A stretch of DNA of 64,000 nt from positions 1,178,001 to 1,242,000 of the forward strand of contig NW_027191410.1 in assembly GCF_041146345.1 (NCBI RefSeq). The letters run 5' to 3'. Below are positions 35,701 through 47,056 of the stretch, in pieces (position 1 is the stretch's first letter; every line of letters starts with the position of its first letter). The position numbers and the translations under genes were made by a program. This DNA comes from Neodothiora populina (taxonomy: Eukaryota). A model generated the notes under the pieces. That model was not told the DNA's origin, searched no databases, and saw nothing but the letters and a program-made list of their open reading frames with translations.

Positions 35701-38700
35701 TCCACAGTATTGACAGCGGCCGAAGCCGGTGCAGCAGGTGCGGGCTGCTGAGGAGTTGCGCGAGCTAGGTTAGCAAAAGGATTTGAGGGTGTGGGAGCCG
35801 CGGGTGTTGAAGGCGCCATAATTTGAGGTTTCGGCGTCTGAGGTTGAAATTTCGAGTTAGCATGGGCAGTGGTTATGAACGAAGATTCAGATTGCTGAAT
35901 GAAACGAATGGGTGGTCTGAACTGGGGCTCCTGGGGTGAAGGTGCCAGTCTGGAGTAGTAGAATCCTTGAGTGGTGATCTGGCTAAATATGGCCCTCTGG
36001 GGGATTTGGGAACGTGTCGGAGTGAGCATTGGGGCCAGGGGACGTGCTGGCATGCCTGTGAGAGGAGTGGAGACCGTAGGCGAGGGAGTGTTCTGATAGA
36101 TCCCCGCTGCAGCCCTCTGTGCCGTCAGAGCGGAGAACAGGGGAGAAGAATAGTTTCCCACTGCTGCAGAAGGAGTGGAAGGTGCAGGCGGGCCTGCAAC
36201 AGGATTGGAACCCGCGGGAGAAGGGCTGTTTTGCAAGCGTGCCGCTGCAGCTCTCTGTGTAGCTAGGGCGAGAAGACTAGAAGAAGAATTTCTCGCTGCT
36301 GGAGACGGTGTAGAAGCTGCCGGCAGGCCTGTAAGACGGTTGTTTCTCAAAGGTGAGGGACTGTTGTGAAAATTTACAGTTGCTGCTCTCTGTGCTGCCA
36401 GAGCAGAGAACATGGGTGGAGAATAATTTGCGTCTGCCGGAAAGGAAGCAGCAGGCTGTGCCATTGGCAACTGTTGCTGATTGACAGGCTGTGGGGGTTG
36501 ATAGTAATTGTGGTTGTTGGCCGCTGGAGCTGCTGTATCGAACTGAGCAGCGTGTTCCATTGGGGAATCTTGCTCTTGCTCATTGAAGGGCTGCACGGTG
36601 GGAGAGTGACTGTAATCATTGGCCGCTGGAGTCGCGGAATTGAATTCAGCAGCGTGCTCCATTGGCGAATCTTGCTCATGCTGATTGAAGAGCTGCAAGG
36701 TGGGAGAGTGACTGTAATCGAAGGCCACTGGAGCCGATGAATTGAATTCAGCAGCGTGTTCCATTGGCGAATCTTGATCATGCTGATCGAATGGCTGTAC
36801 AGCAAGAGAGGGATTGTAATCATCGACTCCTGGAGTGGCTAGAGAGAGCGCATCGATTTGTTCCATGGGCACATCTTGCTCATTGAAGTTATAATAATTG
36901 TCTGTTGGATTATTTTGGAGGAGGGCAACGTCCTGTGCCGTTGGCCATTGCCCGGCAGGAGAGTAACCGTTGCTGGTTCCCAGTGCAGGTCCTTGGGAGA
37001 GAGCGGGATTCAGAGCCATCTGCAGTCGCGATTCAACGCTAGTGGGAGAATAGTTGTGCGCAGTGGCTTGTGCAGGCTGCGAAAAAGGAGCATGAGGTGG
37101 AGCCAGTGGCATGGGAGTCTCTTGCGGAGCAAGATTCTGCATGGCAGCAGAGAAGCCGTAGCCGTTGGCTGGTGACTTTGCCGGAGATGTCTGCTGGGCT
37201 CGCGGAGATGGAGCAGCAGCGCGAGTGACAGCTGGGGTGTACTTGTAGACAATAGTCGGGGGAGGAGCGCGAGACCACTTGGGATTGGAAGCGCCCTGGG
37301 GCGTTGGCAGCGAAGGCCTGGGTGCCTGGGTCGAGACATTCGAGGACTTGGTGAGGAGATTGGTCACCTCTGCACCACGAGTAGGTGTGGGAGACAGGAC
37401 TGGCGGAGCAGTTTGGTTTGCAGGTGTAGCCAGGACCTGGTGAGCAACTTGGGGTGTAGGGGTGGTCAGGATCTGCTCGGCAGCTTGAGAGGTAGGTGTA
37501 GGTGATCGCGCGAGCAATGGTCTCAGGCCAGCAGGCCTTCTTTGGGGCAGTCTCTTCCTGGTGGGTGGCATGGCCAGCTCTGCAGGTGGGCTGGCAGCTT
37601 TCAGAGCTTCGACATAGGCATTGGCCTGGGAGATGGAACAGTGGCCGGACGCGTCCTAGGCGGCGGCGATTCCATGCTTCTTCAGGTCAAACCATTCTTC
37701 TGCCTGGTTGCGCCCAGGCCTCGCTTTCGTAGGTCTTTTGTCCTCGGTGGAGTCCTTGTCTTGCACCTTTGGGGTGGCAGGAACCACAGGGTCGGCGGCC
37801 AGGTTGAAGAGGGAGCCCTGGAAACCAGCACTCCTTGGCAACTTCCCGAAGGTGTCGAACTTGGTAAATGGATTGGCCAGTCCTTGGCCCTTGGTAGAAA
37901 ATTCAAATTTTGATGGGTCACTTACTGATGCGTTTGTGCTAGGCACTGGGTTTCTGACATATGAGAGCAAATTCCTCTGTGCCTCGATAGGCAGTTCCTT
38001 GAGGTCAAGACCAGCAAGGCTTGTAGCGCTCTGTTTGTTTACATTGTCAGTACGCGTGTCTAAAAAAAAAAAAAAGATAACAAATAAGAATAAAGAACAA
38101 ACTCACCTTATATTTCTCGTCAGACTCTCTGACAATTCTCTCCAGCTCATCCAATCTACCCTGCGAAGCGAGTCTGGGGCCGGCGTCTTCGATCTCCTTG
38201 ATCTCAGCATCGCTGATGGCCTGGTTGGCTGCAGGTTGACCGAACATGTTTGTGGTATTGGTCTGAGATTCTGTGGGTTTCGCAGGAGTGGTTGTGTTGG
38301 TGGCACCGAATGAGAAGGAGGGTGTCTTTGCAGGTGTCTCTGTAGCAGCTGGTGCACCGAAAGAGAAGGTGGGTGCAGTGCTTGGCTGTGATGGCTTTGC
38401 AGGAGTCGTCGAACCGAACGAGAACGAAGGGGTCTGTTCTGCGGGTTTGGGAGTGGAGGAAGAATTGAAGCTGACCACTGGAGTGTTGCTTGTGGCGGCA
38501 GCTGGAGTTGCTGCAGATGATGTTCCTCCGAAAGAGAAAGACGGAGCGCTCGCTGCAGGTGCTGGAGAAGCGGGCGCAGGCGAAGCTGGTTGTGTTCCAA
38601 ATGTAAAACTCTTGCTTGTCGCTCCGTTTGACGCAGATGCTGGTGCAGGTGCTGCTGCTGTCGCTCCGAAACTGAACGACGTGGGAGCTGCGGTCTTGAG

Positions 38701-39476
38701 AGGCGAAAAGGAGGGCGTGTTGTTTTGTGAGGCACCGAATCCACCGAAGCTCTGTGATTGACCCGAGAGACTGGCAAATGGATTGCTCGCTGGCTGTGAA
38801 TTCGATGTCGAAGCTCCGAACGTGAAAGAGGACGCGGTGGGTGGCGCGAATGCTGGTTGTTGCTGTGGTGGAGCAGGTGAAGGACTGAATGTGCTCGCGC
38901 CAAAGCTGTTCTGTGCTGGTGCAGGAGCTCCAAAGGGATTGTTTAGAGCAGGAGGAGCGAGGGGTTTGCTGGGTGAAGTTGATCGAGAAGAAGCGGCGCT
39001 GCCTCTCTTGAGTGGTTTGATGCTGTTTGAACAAGACGTGTGTCAGTTGTTGTTGCTGTTATTGTTGTTGTTGTTGTGGCTGCCTGGTTTCCCTGTTGAG
39101 CGGAACTCTTGCTCTACCAGCCACCTTCTTGTTCCGTCCACATGCCCCCTATGGTCATCGCTTTGGTCCCTATTTCTGAAACAAGGGTGGCTAGCAGAGT
39201 AGGTGAAGGTGATGTTGGCCCAGCCGTCTTCCTCGTTTGCTTTTGTTCCCTTCCACCTATTTCGACCTTGACCTTGACCTGGACCTTGACCTTGGTACCA
39301 ACGGACCCACCTTTACGTCTACAGACAAGTGACAGAAAAACCAAAAGAACAACATACCTTCTCTTAGCCAGCTGAGCAGCAGTGGCCTTACGCGGAGGGT
39401 CGTCCGGCGCATCCTTTGCCTCTGGTCCTCCATATCTCGCGCTTCCGCCCTGAGCGTCGGCGAATCTCTTGGACAT
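32757..39476 (-). CDS. NUP2: Nup2-like nucleoporin (NUP50-type N-terminus, FxFG repeats, C-terminal RanBP1 domain)
   Basis: Predicted exons 39476-39358, 39022-38107, 38030-37926, 35837-32757 give 1406 aa. RKATAAQLAKR/SIKPLKR N-terminal motif, SFSFG repeats, RanBD (VFESKAKAF, WQSKGYGMFRLL). Intron 3 is itself an in-frame ORF (see findings). Confidence 0.85.
36045..36430 (-). repeat. 135-138-nt (45-46-aa) tandem repeat x3 inside the Nup2 intronic ORF
   Basis: ALxxQRAA...N(S/T)PSP units at about 36106, 36244 and 36379. Confidence 0.8.
36500..36895 (-). repeat. 102-nt (34-aa) tandem repeat, 3 good copies plus 1 degenerate, inside the Nup2 intronic ORF
   Basis: QDSPMEHAA units anchored at 36552, 36654 and 36756 (exact 102-nt spacing). 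Confidence 0.9.
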
Positions 39477-40015
39477 GTCGAAGATGAATTAATGTCTTGT
39501 CGTTGACCCGGTGCTGATACTAATACTATGGATGATACACGCCCACACAAGCCAAGTAGTGGTTGGTCGTATACACAGGGTCGACTCCAAAGTCGGGGAT
39601 CGAGGAGGACGAGTATGGGTCGAAATGATGGGCAAAAACACCAAGAGGGTTTCGAGGTCGATATTATTAATACATGCGCGTCTGATCTGGTATACAAATC
39701 ATTCGTGCTCGATGATGCTTTGGTCAGGTGGCAAATCCCCGTTTGGATACACAGAGTATTAGGTACGGTTTAGTATCGTGTGTTTTTGTGATGCAAGACT
39801 TGCCCGTGTTGCACAAATCCGGCGTTGTTTCGTGCTCGCAACTGCCAAATTGTTGCGTCGGTGCTTCTGATCCATTGGTCCGTGCGTCATCTACTTGTGT
39901 CTCCTCCTCACACTCATCCTATGAGCTATATTGATTATACTGCAATGTACCTGCTTGTTCATGCTGTGCATTATAGTACTTTGTTGTATGAATTTCGACC
40001 TGTTCAAGCTTCCCT

Positions 40016-42440
40016 TCAGTCACTGTCAAGCTCGACAACCACCCTCTGCCTCTTGCGTGCTGCCTCGCCGTACTCAGCCCCTGCTCGCCCTCCCTCCCTA
40101 GCCATTTCCTCAACCAGCTGATCTGCCACAAGATCATCCTCACTCTGCTCATGAGCCCCTGTCGTCGCGCCAAACACCGCATCCAGATCTCTGAACTTGT
40201 GAGTCCCACGCTGTGCATCTTTCCTTGCCGCGTAGTCTGCTTCCGTGCTGCCAAACACCACATCTTGCATATCGTCACTGTTGCCATCGTCGTTATTGTC
40301 ACTGTCTTCTTCATCCTCGTCGCTCTGTGTCTGCACTGCGTTCAATCCTCCAGCAACCAGTGCAGACGCGGCAAACTTTTGCGTGAGACCCTTCATCTCT
40401 CTTGATTTTCCCGATCCTGCAGGCCTTCCTGGTCCCCTGTGTCCTTTCTCGCGCGCTCGTTTCGCCCTTCTCATGGCATCCAGGTGTTTTGCTTGCCGAG
40501 GTGATATGCTGATCTCACCTCCAAACTGTGTGTGGGAACCGACGTCGACGTTCTTGAACTCGTGTAGATCAAGCTGTTGCACACGGTTCTCACCCCAGAA
40601 CCACGTCTTACCAACTCGACGAATGATTCGAGGATCTTGTGCCGCACCTTGTTCCCGACTGGCCATCGCTCCTTGTAAGCCGAGCGAGAGGTCTGCCCGC
40701 ACTGTGTCTGTTTCTGTCGCCTTCTCCTTGCCCTTCCCTTTGCTATTGATAGGTATGAAGCTTGCGACTGGGGGAAGTTCTCGTGCACTTTGTGGAAACC
40801 AGAGCATCATTGCCTCGTCCTCGTAGCATCGTCCGAGCACTCTTTGAAATGGCATCTGCATGCGCTGGCTAGGTTCGTGGCTGTAGAACCAAGATCCATA
40901 GCCATCCAGTCCCTGGGGTAGCTCTCCGGACTGTGCGTCGATCGGTGTCTTGCTCAGCCCATGAGCCTTACGTGCATCTGTTGTATAAACAATGCCTGAC
41001 ATGTGCACACACGAGAACCATGGTAGGGCTTGTCTGTCGTCATCATCATCGCTGTCATCTGACTCTTCGACGGAGTCAATGTCCAAGAACTTCAATTTGA
41101 TGGCCGTGATCTTCATGACATCCTTGACATGGGTTTGGTCTTCATCGCCGGGTGCTGGCATAAGGCGGACAGCATCTCCGACCACAAGGAGCTCCGCGCC
41201 TAGATAGATGCCTTTACAGAAAATCGTAGCAGCAGGATAGACGCCTTTGAAGTGGTACTTTTTCAGCAGAGAAAAGGATGAGGCTGCTCCTATAGCATTT
41301 GAAATTGTTTGGTGAACGTCTGTTGTCTTGTGTAAGAACTGCTCCGAGAAGACGAAAGGTCGAATCTGTCGCAGAGGCAGATAGGTAGATCTCTTGCTCC
41401 AGAGCTTGTCGTCTTGACCTATCCGTGGCATGGGTTCGACGCGGAAACCTGAATAATTGACAGGAAACTCCTTGCCTTCGTCACTGATCAGGTCTTCAAG
41501 TGTTGCTGGCTCTACGCAAGCTTCCGCGACCACTCCTGCTTCCCAGCTAGGCCGATGGGTTGACCAGGACATAGACTGTTGATCCCAGATCCTGAAGATC
41601 CCATCGGTCTCATCCAATGAGATGGTTTGATAGTCGTGGAGTTTGCGGACAAAAATGACCAGCTCGCCCTTTCGTGGCAGCCATCTTGGTTGTTTTCGCA
41701 ACTGCTCCAAGTGCTGGGGAAGAGTTTCGTTCTCTATACACCAATCGATTGAGTCCGGTTCTTCGATAGATTTACTGAGCCCTTTACTACCAGCCTCTTT
41801 CAGCTCTGCTACTAGACGCCGGTAAATATCAGAAGTCCCTTCTTCATCGACCATCTCAGAAAAATCCTGCTTTGGGGCGCGAAACGTTGGAGGAGAGGGG
41901 AAAACCTGTCGCTCAGCTGGCGCTTGCACTGGCTGAGGTGGAGGTGAAATTTGACGAACACCCATGGTTGGTTGTGCGGTTGCTGTTCGTCCTAGAGAAG
42001 AGTGCCCGCTTGGTCGTACACAACCTTTGCATTGACAGCTACTGCTGCCGTTCTTCTGAAGACTGACAAAATGGTCATAGAATTCTGGCACCGAGCGAAA
42101 AGCATAACCTGAGGGATGTCCATACACGTAACTGTCGAGCTATTTGTTTGCTCAGCAGGTTTTCGATCGTACACGTGACGTGACTTCTACTTACGTGTTT
42201 CATGTCTTCACAAAACCTGCCATAGAGTCTATACCCCGTAGGTAGCCTTTCGATGGCATAGGAGAACCCCGGCTTCGACTCGTTTCTGTCACTCATCCAT
42301 CTGTTGCCAACACTTGTGCGGAACCTTTCCACCCTACTGGTATCGAGAGCGCTCACAGTGCTGTCATGACCTGGCCATTTGGACGCGTTACCATCAGAGT
42401 AGTCCGTGATGGGAATCACTTGATTGATTACTGGGGGCAT
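40016..42440 (-). CDS. clr2: Cryptic loci regulator 2 (Clr2)-like silencing protein
   Basis: Exons 42440-42195 and 42139-40016; SDG, LPTGYRLY, DSYVYGHPSG..FRSVPEFYDH, CQCKGC, PRKGELV, GIYLGAELLVVGDAVRL. Confidence 0.85.
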
Positions 42441-43475
42441 TTTGGTGGATCTGCGTCGCAGACTTGACGTCGCAATAGTCAAAGTCTTCAGTGAGTCTCA
42501 ATGTCACATACGACGAGCCTGCTCTCCGCGACCTCAAAGTCACAATTTACAGGTCAGGCAGGTTCTTTGGTTACTGCATGGGTTGAAGGAGTGAGAGTGA
42601 AATCAGACCATCTAGGTTCTTGATTGGAAAACAACTATAGCTGGAAGATGCAAGAAGCGCCATACCACACTACCAACACATTTCGGGGGATCTGATGTCT
42701 ACAGAAGTCTTTGGCACTCGTGACAACGACTGGTGTTTTCTACGACTGGTATATCCGAGAAGATACCTGTGTCACATGTACGGATGCACTGTATACAGTA
42801 CGCTGTTGCACCAAGACTGTTCAGTTCATACAGGCAAGACGCGTTCTGGAAATGCGTCCCTTCCCCAAGGTTCGACTGACCTGTGGCAGCCACATGCGTC
42901 TATCGAATTTTGATTGGCTGCAATTGCGCCGGTGTGGGGAGGATTCAATGACGCTAGCGCAAGGTACGGCAGGCACATTAACATTCCGGTTCATGGTTCG
43001 CCAGCCTTGGGATAGCCTGTGAATCGTCCGTGGATCGCCTATCACTTCTAGACCTTGTCTGCTTTCAGCTGGACTAGTTCTACAGACAAGCCACGCTTGC
43101 GGAGTTGTCGCTGTGGGTGCCGTGGTTAAGGCTCTGGTGGCGGCATTTCATGGCGACGATGACCATATGTATGTACAGTAAGTGCTAGGGTAGCCAGCCA
43201 GCCTGGTTGCCGACTTGTAAGGTCGCTTTCATTTTCTTCCATCTCTGTTGTTTCTCTCTTGCAGCATCACTGTGCTATACCACGAGACTGTCGCGACGAC
43301 ATCTGCCTTCTCTCAGATCCGTACATCCTGGTCCTGTCTCGTAGTAGCTGCACAGCACCTTTTGCGCAACACGTGCCACCGTTGGCGAACGACCAGTGCC
43401 CGTTGCGATATCTTGTCTCAGAGCATCGTCGCAGGGTACAGCAATTGAAGACATTAAAGGCGCGCCAGTGTCGCT

Positions 43476-44645
43476 ATGGACTGGCTGCGACTTCCCAGTC
43501 GTCGCGGCAGCGATGGCACAGCAGACTCGGAGATAGCAGAAGCAGGACAACTACCCGCGATTCCAGAGAGCACATCAGGGCCGGATTCGATACTGCCAGG
43601 CCAGGCATTGACTTCAGACGACGCCGTTCCCCCGTTACCGCCCAGAAGCATCTTCCGCAGGATGATGGGTTCACCCCCTCGCGTCAGCGCAGACACTCTA
43701 CCGCCGGAATATGAGACTTATGATTCGAGATACGAGAAGCGCGACAGGCCGCCTGAGGGTGCTGTGCTGGGAGACGGTCATCGGCGCATCGCTAGCAGAG
43801 GCGGGTGGAAGCGATTGATCACTCTGCTGGTCTTGCTGCTGTGTATAGCCATTGCATTAGGAGTCGGATTGGGAGTTGGCTTGGGCCATAGGAAGAAAGC
43901 CGCAACTACATCAGAGTCGTCACCGGAAGGCGCATCGCCATCGGCTGCCGCCGCAGAGTTCCCAATCGGCGAATACAGCCTCGACATAGCTTTGCGCTCA
44001 ATCCAAACAAACTGCACTTCAAACCCGAGTACTTGGCGCTGCTACCCATACACGACCTACTCCGCCTCCGACCCGGCCTCAGCAAACACATCCATAACCA
44101 TTTTCAACTGGATAATAACCAACACATCAAGCACCTATGTGACCAACACTTCCTTTCCAACAACAAACTCGAACGGCATCCCCAGCAACCTCTCAATCTC
44201 CTCCTCCGACAACCCTTTCAGCATCTCCTTTACAGCTCAGCCTCTAGTCTACTACAACGACAACAACCAACCCCGCTACACATTCAACCACACAATGTCT
44301 CAGCAAACTTCCCCCTCCTCGGCTCTGACAGACGACAACTCCGCCTCGACCTGCTTCTACAACTCGACTATTTTGTCCGCTGTGCTCTATCTTTCCGCTG
44401 CAGAAACCAGTGGTGCGCCAGCAGTCGACTTCCCGGCACCGTCATCACAAGAAGGAGGGGTAGCAGGCAATTTCGCGAGCTGGCCATTCGCGGTCCGCGT
44501 TCAGCAGATCGCGGCTGGCGGCGTCGATGTTCCCGCTTGCTATAAGACTATGAATGGAGTCGTTGGGGAGAGGATCACGGCTGGGTTCAGTGCTGAGGCT
44601 GAAGAGGACATCTGTCGTTGTGATTATAGGAACTATGAACCTTGA
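43476..44645 (+). CDS. Single-pass membrane protein with Ser/Thr-rich, Cys-containing extracellular domain
   Basis: 389-aa ORF; PPEY, TM ending ALGVGLGVGL, CTSNPSTWRCYPY, terminal CRCDYRN. Confidence 0.85.
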   Translation: MDWLRLPSRRGSDGTADSEIAEAGQLPAIPESTSGPDSILPGQALTSDDAVPPLPPRSIFRRMMGSPPRVSADTLPPEYETYDSRYEKRDRPPEGAVLGDGHRRIASRGGWKRLITLLVLLLCIAIALGVGLGVGLGHRKKAATTSESSPEGASPSAAAAEFPIGEYSLDIALRSIQTNCTSNPSTWRCYPYTTYSASDPASANTSITIFNWIITNTSSTYVTNTSFPTTNSNGIPSNLSISSSDNPFSISFTAQPLVYYNDNNQPRYTFNHTMSQQTSPSSALTDDNSASTCFYNSTILSAVLYLSAAETSGAPAVDFPAPSSQEGGVAGNFASWPFAVRVQQIAAGGVDVPACYKTMNGVVGERITAGFSAEAEEDICRCDYRNYEP

Positions 44646-44951
44646 ATGCCTAGTTACTACTTTTCTCTTTGCGGTTATTTCCTCGCGAGTACGAGGTCTG
44701 GGTGTTGATTTGGCTGGCGCTGTTGGGTTTTATGTCTTTTTGCGCGGGGTCTGGTATTTGGTTCTGGTGAAGGTCAGCAGGGAATGATGAACTGGCGTGC
44801 TTGGTTTTATCCATGATGCAAGGCTCTACGATGGAGGAATTGGGAAATAGGCGGCGCAGACAGACTTCCTCAAGCGACTGGGGGTTTTACATAGCATATT
44901 GTATATATCTCCTTCATCTTCATGATCTCGATCCTCTGAATCTCTGTTGCT

Positions 44952-46481
44952 TCAATACATCTGCACCTCAACCAGCGCCCTGCCGACCCCACCCCCCTCA
45001 ATACCCCTATCGACTCCCTTCACCCCCGAGTTCTCAACCTCATACGCAACCGCCCCCCGTTCCGCACACTCGACTTTCAGCGCATCGACACTGCCTCCGA
45101 CGCCGAAATACACTCTTTTCGCAGCGACTATGGCCTTGGCCATCTTGACACGCGAAAGCAGAGAAATCAAAAGCGTGACGAACGCAGACGTCGATGCCGG
45201 CGAGTAGATTGTCTCAGAAGCCAGGATTAAAGTGCCCATTTCCGGGGCGCTGGCGGGGATCAGAGACGAGAGAGCTGGCGACCAGGGCCCGGACAGAAAC
45301 GTCAGGTGGATCCCGATCTCTGCCAGCGAGGAGGTGAAGGCCGAGAGTAGCGCTGGGCTCAATTCTAGGTCGCCGCTATTGTCGAGGCTGCTTGTTGGGT
45401 CGACCAGGGCTTCGGGAGTCGTCGTCGTGTGCAGAGCCCATGTCAGAAGCAGGTTGGGGAGTGTGACTAGGGACAGCACCGACGCGTTGTAGTCTGCTAG
45501 TGTGAATGATTGCGGGATCCTTTCGCGGATGCAGTGTGCGAAGAGGGTCAGTGAGGGGAGAGCGGTGCCTGCACCCAGCTGTTGATTCGTTAGGTGATAT
45601 GTGCAAAGTGGCGGAAGGTCCGAAGGAAACATATGCAGCATCGCAGAGTTGGTCAGAAGAACTAACCTCAATAACCTGATCACACTTGACAATCTCATCA
45701 ATGTCCTTCCTCGGGCCCCGATCCAGTAATAAGCTCGCAAGATCCACGCTGCACTCCCAAGTCTTGAATCCACCTTCGTACACGCCTGTTCGGAGATCCG
45801 AATTCTCCAAGTCGGCTAACGTGCGGTCGTTGTCGTCTTCGCCATCGGCTTCACTCATGAGCTGTACCCGGATGTCGAAGAGTTCGCGGCGAGGCAAGAC
45901 CAGCGTCTTTCCGGTCGGAGATGTGATTGTCACCAGGCTGTATGAGAGTCTATCGGGTAGTGAAGAGAGCTATCGAGTATCAGAGGCTGTGACGTTGATT
46001 ATGGTCCTATATACATGATCATGCGAAGCAAAAGCAGGTGCCACCACAATTGAGGTTCTGATGACCATGTCTCGTATATTGCGATTAGGAATTCAGGACC
46101 TTTGAGGAGATACGAAGGGGCAAATAAACATCAATTTGTGAGATCTCAAACACAAGGAACGATAATCTGAAAACAGGACTTATTTCATGATCGCAAGTAT
46201 TCTTTCTTCCGAACATAGCAAAACGCATAGGAGCCATGAAACAAGAGAAATGTAATCGTACACACGACTCGCCAACCACCCACTCCTCACAAAGGCAGGA
46301 GCAACACACATACCAATTCATTGAAATCATGCTGCTTGACATCTACAACAGCAGCACCAGCCTCGCCCTCATGGTGGTCAGCCACGGCCTGCCCCTCGGC
46401 GTTTGACATTTCAACATCATTGCCATTCTGGTCCAGAGACTCATCAATGTCCTCTCCCGAGAAGTCGAAACTGAAAGACAT
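44952..46481 (-). CDS. HPM1: Histidine protein methyltransferase (Hpm1/METTL18 family)
   Basis: Exons 46481-46314, 45969-45667, 45578-44952; VYEGGFKTWECS, ELGAGTALP, ADYN, ILASETIY, AAKRVYFGVGG. Confidence 0.9.
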
Positions 46482-47056
46482 GATTTTCTTGCTGACAGCA
46501 GTTCGTTATACCTGGATTACGGCGCAGATCTCAAGAGTTGCCGGTGGATTTTTTTTGTTTTCGGCTCCGCGAGCCGAGAAAGTTTAGGACAGTGCAGATG
46601 ATTTTTTGGGGGAGGAAGAACATAGCTTGGCGGTGCTAGAGGACAGGGTCGCCTTGATGTTCAGGACGGCAATGCTCCGAGACATCTAGATGAGACGCGG
46701 GATGAAACATAGCCTCGCGGTAGTACAAGGGAATCTACGTCACGAAGATCAATTTTGGTCTTTCTGGTTTGCATTTGTCTAGACGGTTCAGACCACGTAG
46801 GAGAGTCCGCTATGACAGTGGGTATTTGTAGTGATAAGATAACACCAACCTGCGGTGTTAATGCGCCAAACATGCTTTTAAGTCCGTTATGATTAATCAT
46901 AGTGGAGTCCAAGATGATGGTCCACCGCCGCGACCCGGTCATCGATATAAGAAGTAATTCTGAAGCTACGTGCATAGGATCAAGCTATCTTGTGGCGTAA
47001 AGTGTCCCCTCCTTCACATAACTACATACAGTCAATCACAGCACCTTGCACACACA

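Noticed and set aside
36500..36895. CRISPR-like array
   Set aside because: Eukaryotic locus; whole units are homologous with no unique spacers, so it is a coding tandem repeat
32757..37571. The 1604-aa ORF as a complete stand-alone gene
   Set aside because: Upstream exons carrying the Nup2 N-terminal motif and FG repeats splice in frame to it; kept only as a possible internal-start isoform
39048..39295. (CAA)n and (GGTCAA)n repeats in Nup2 intron 1; homopolymers at 50534 and 55338
   Set aside because: Ordinary simple-sequence repeats with no evident function
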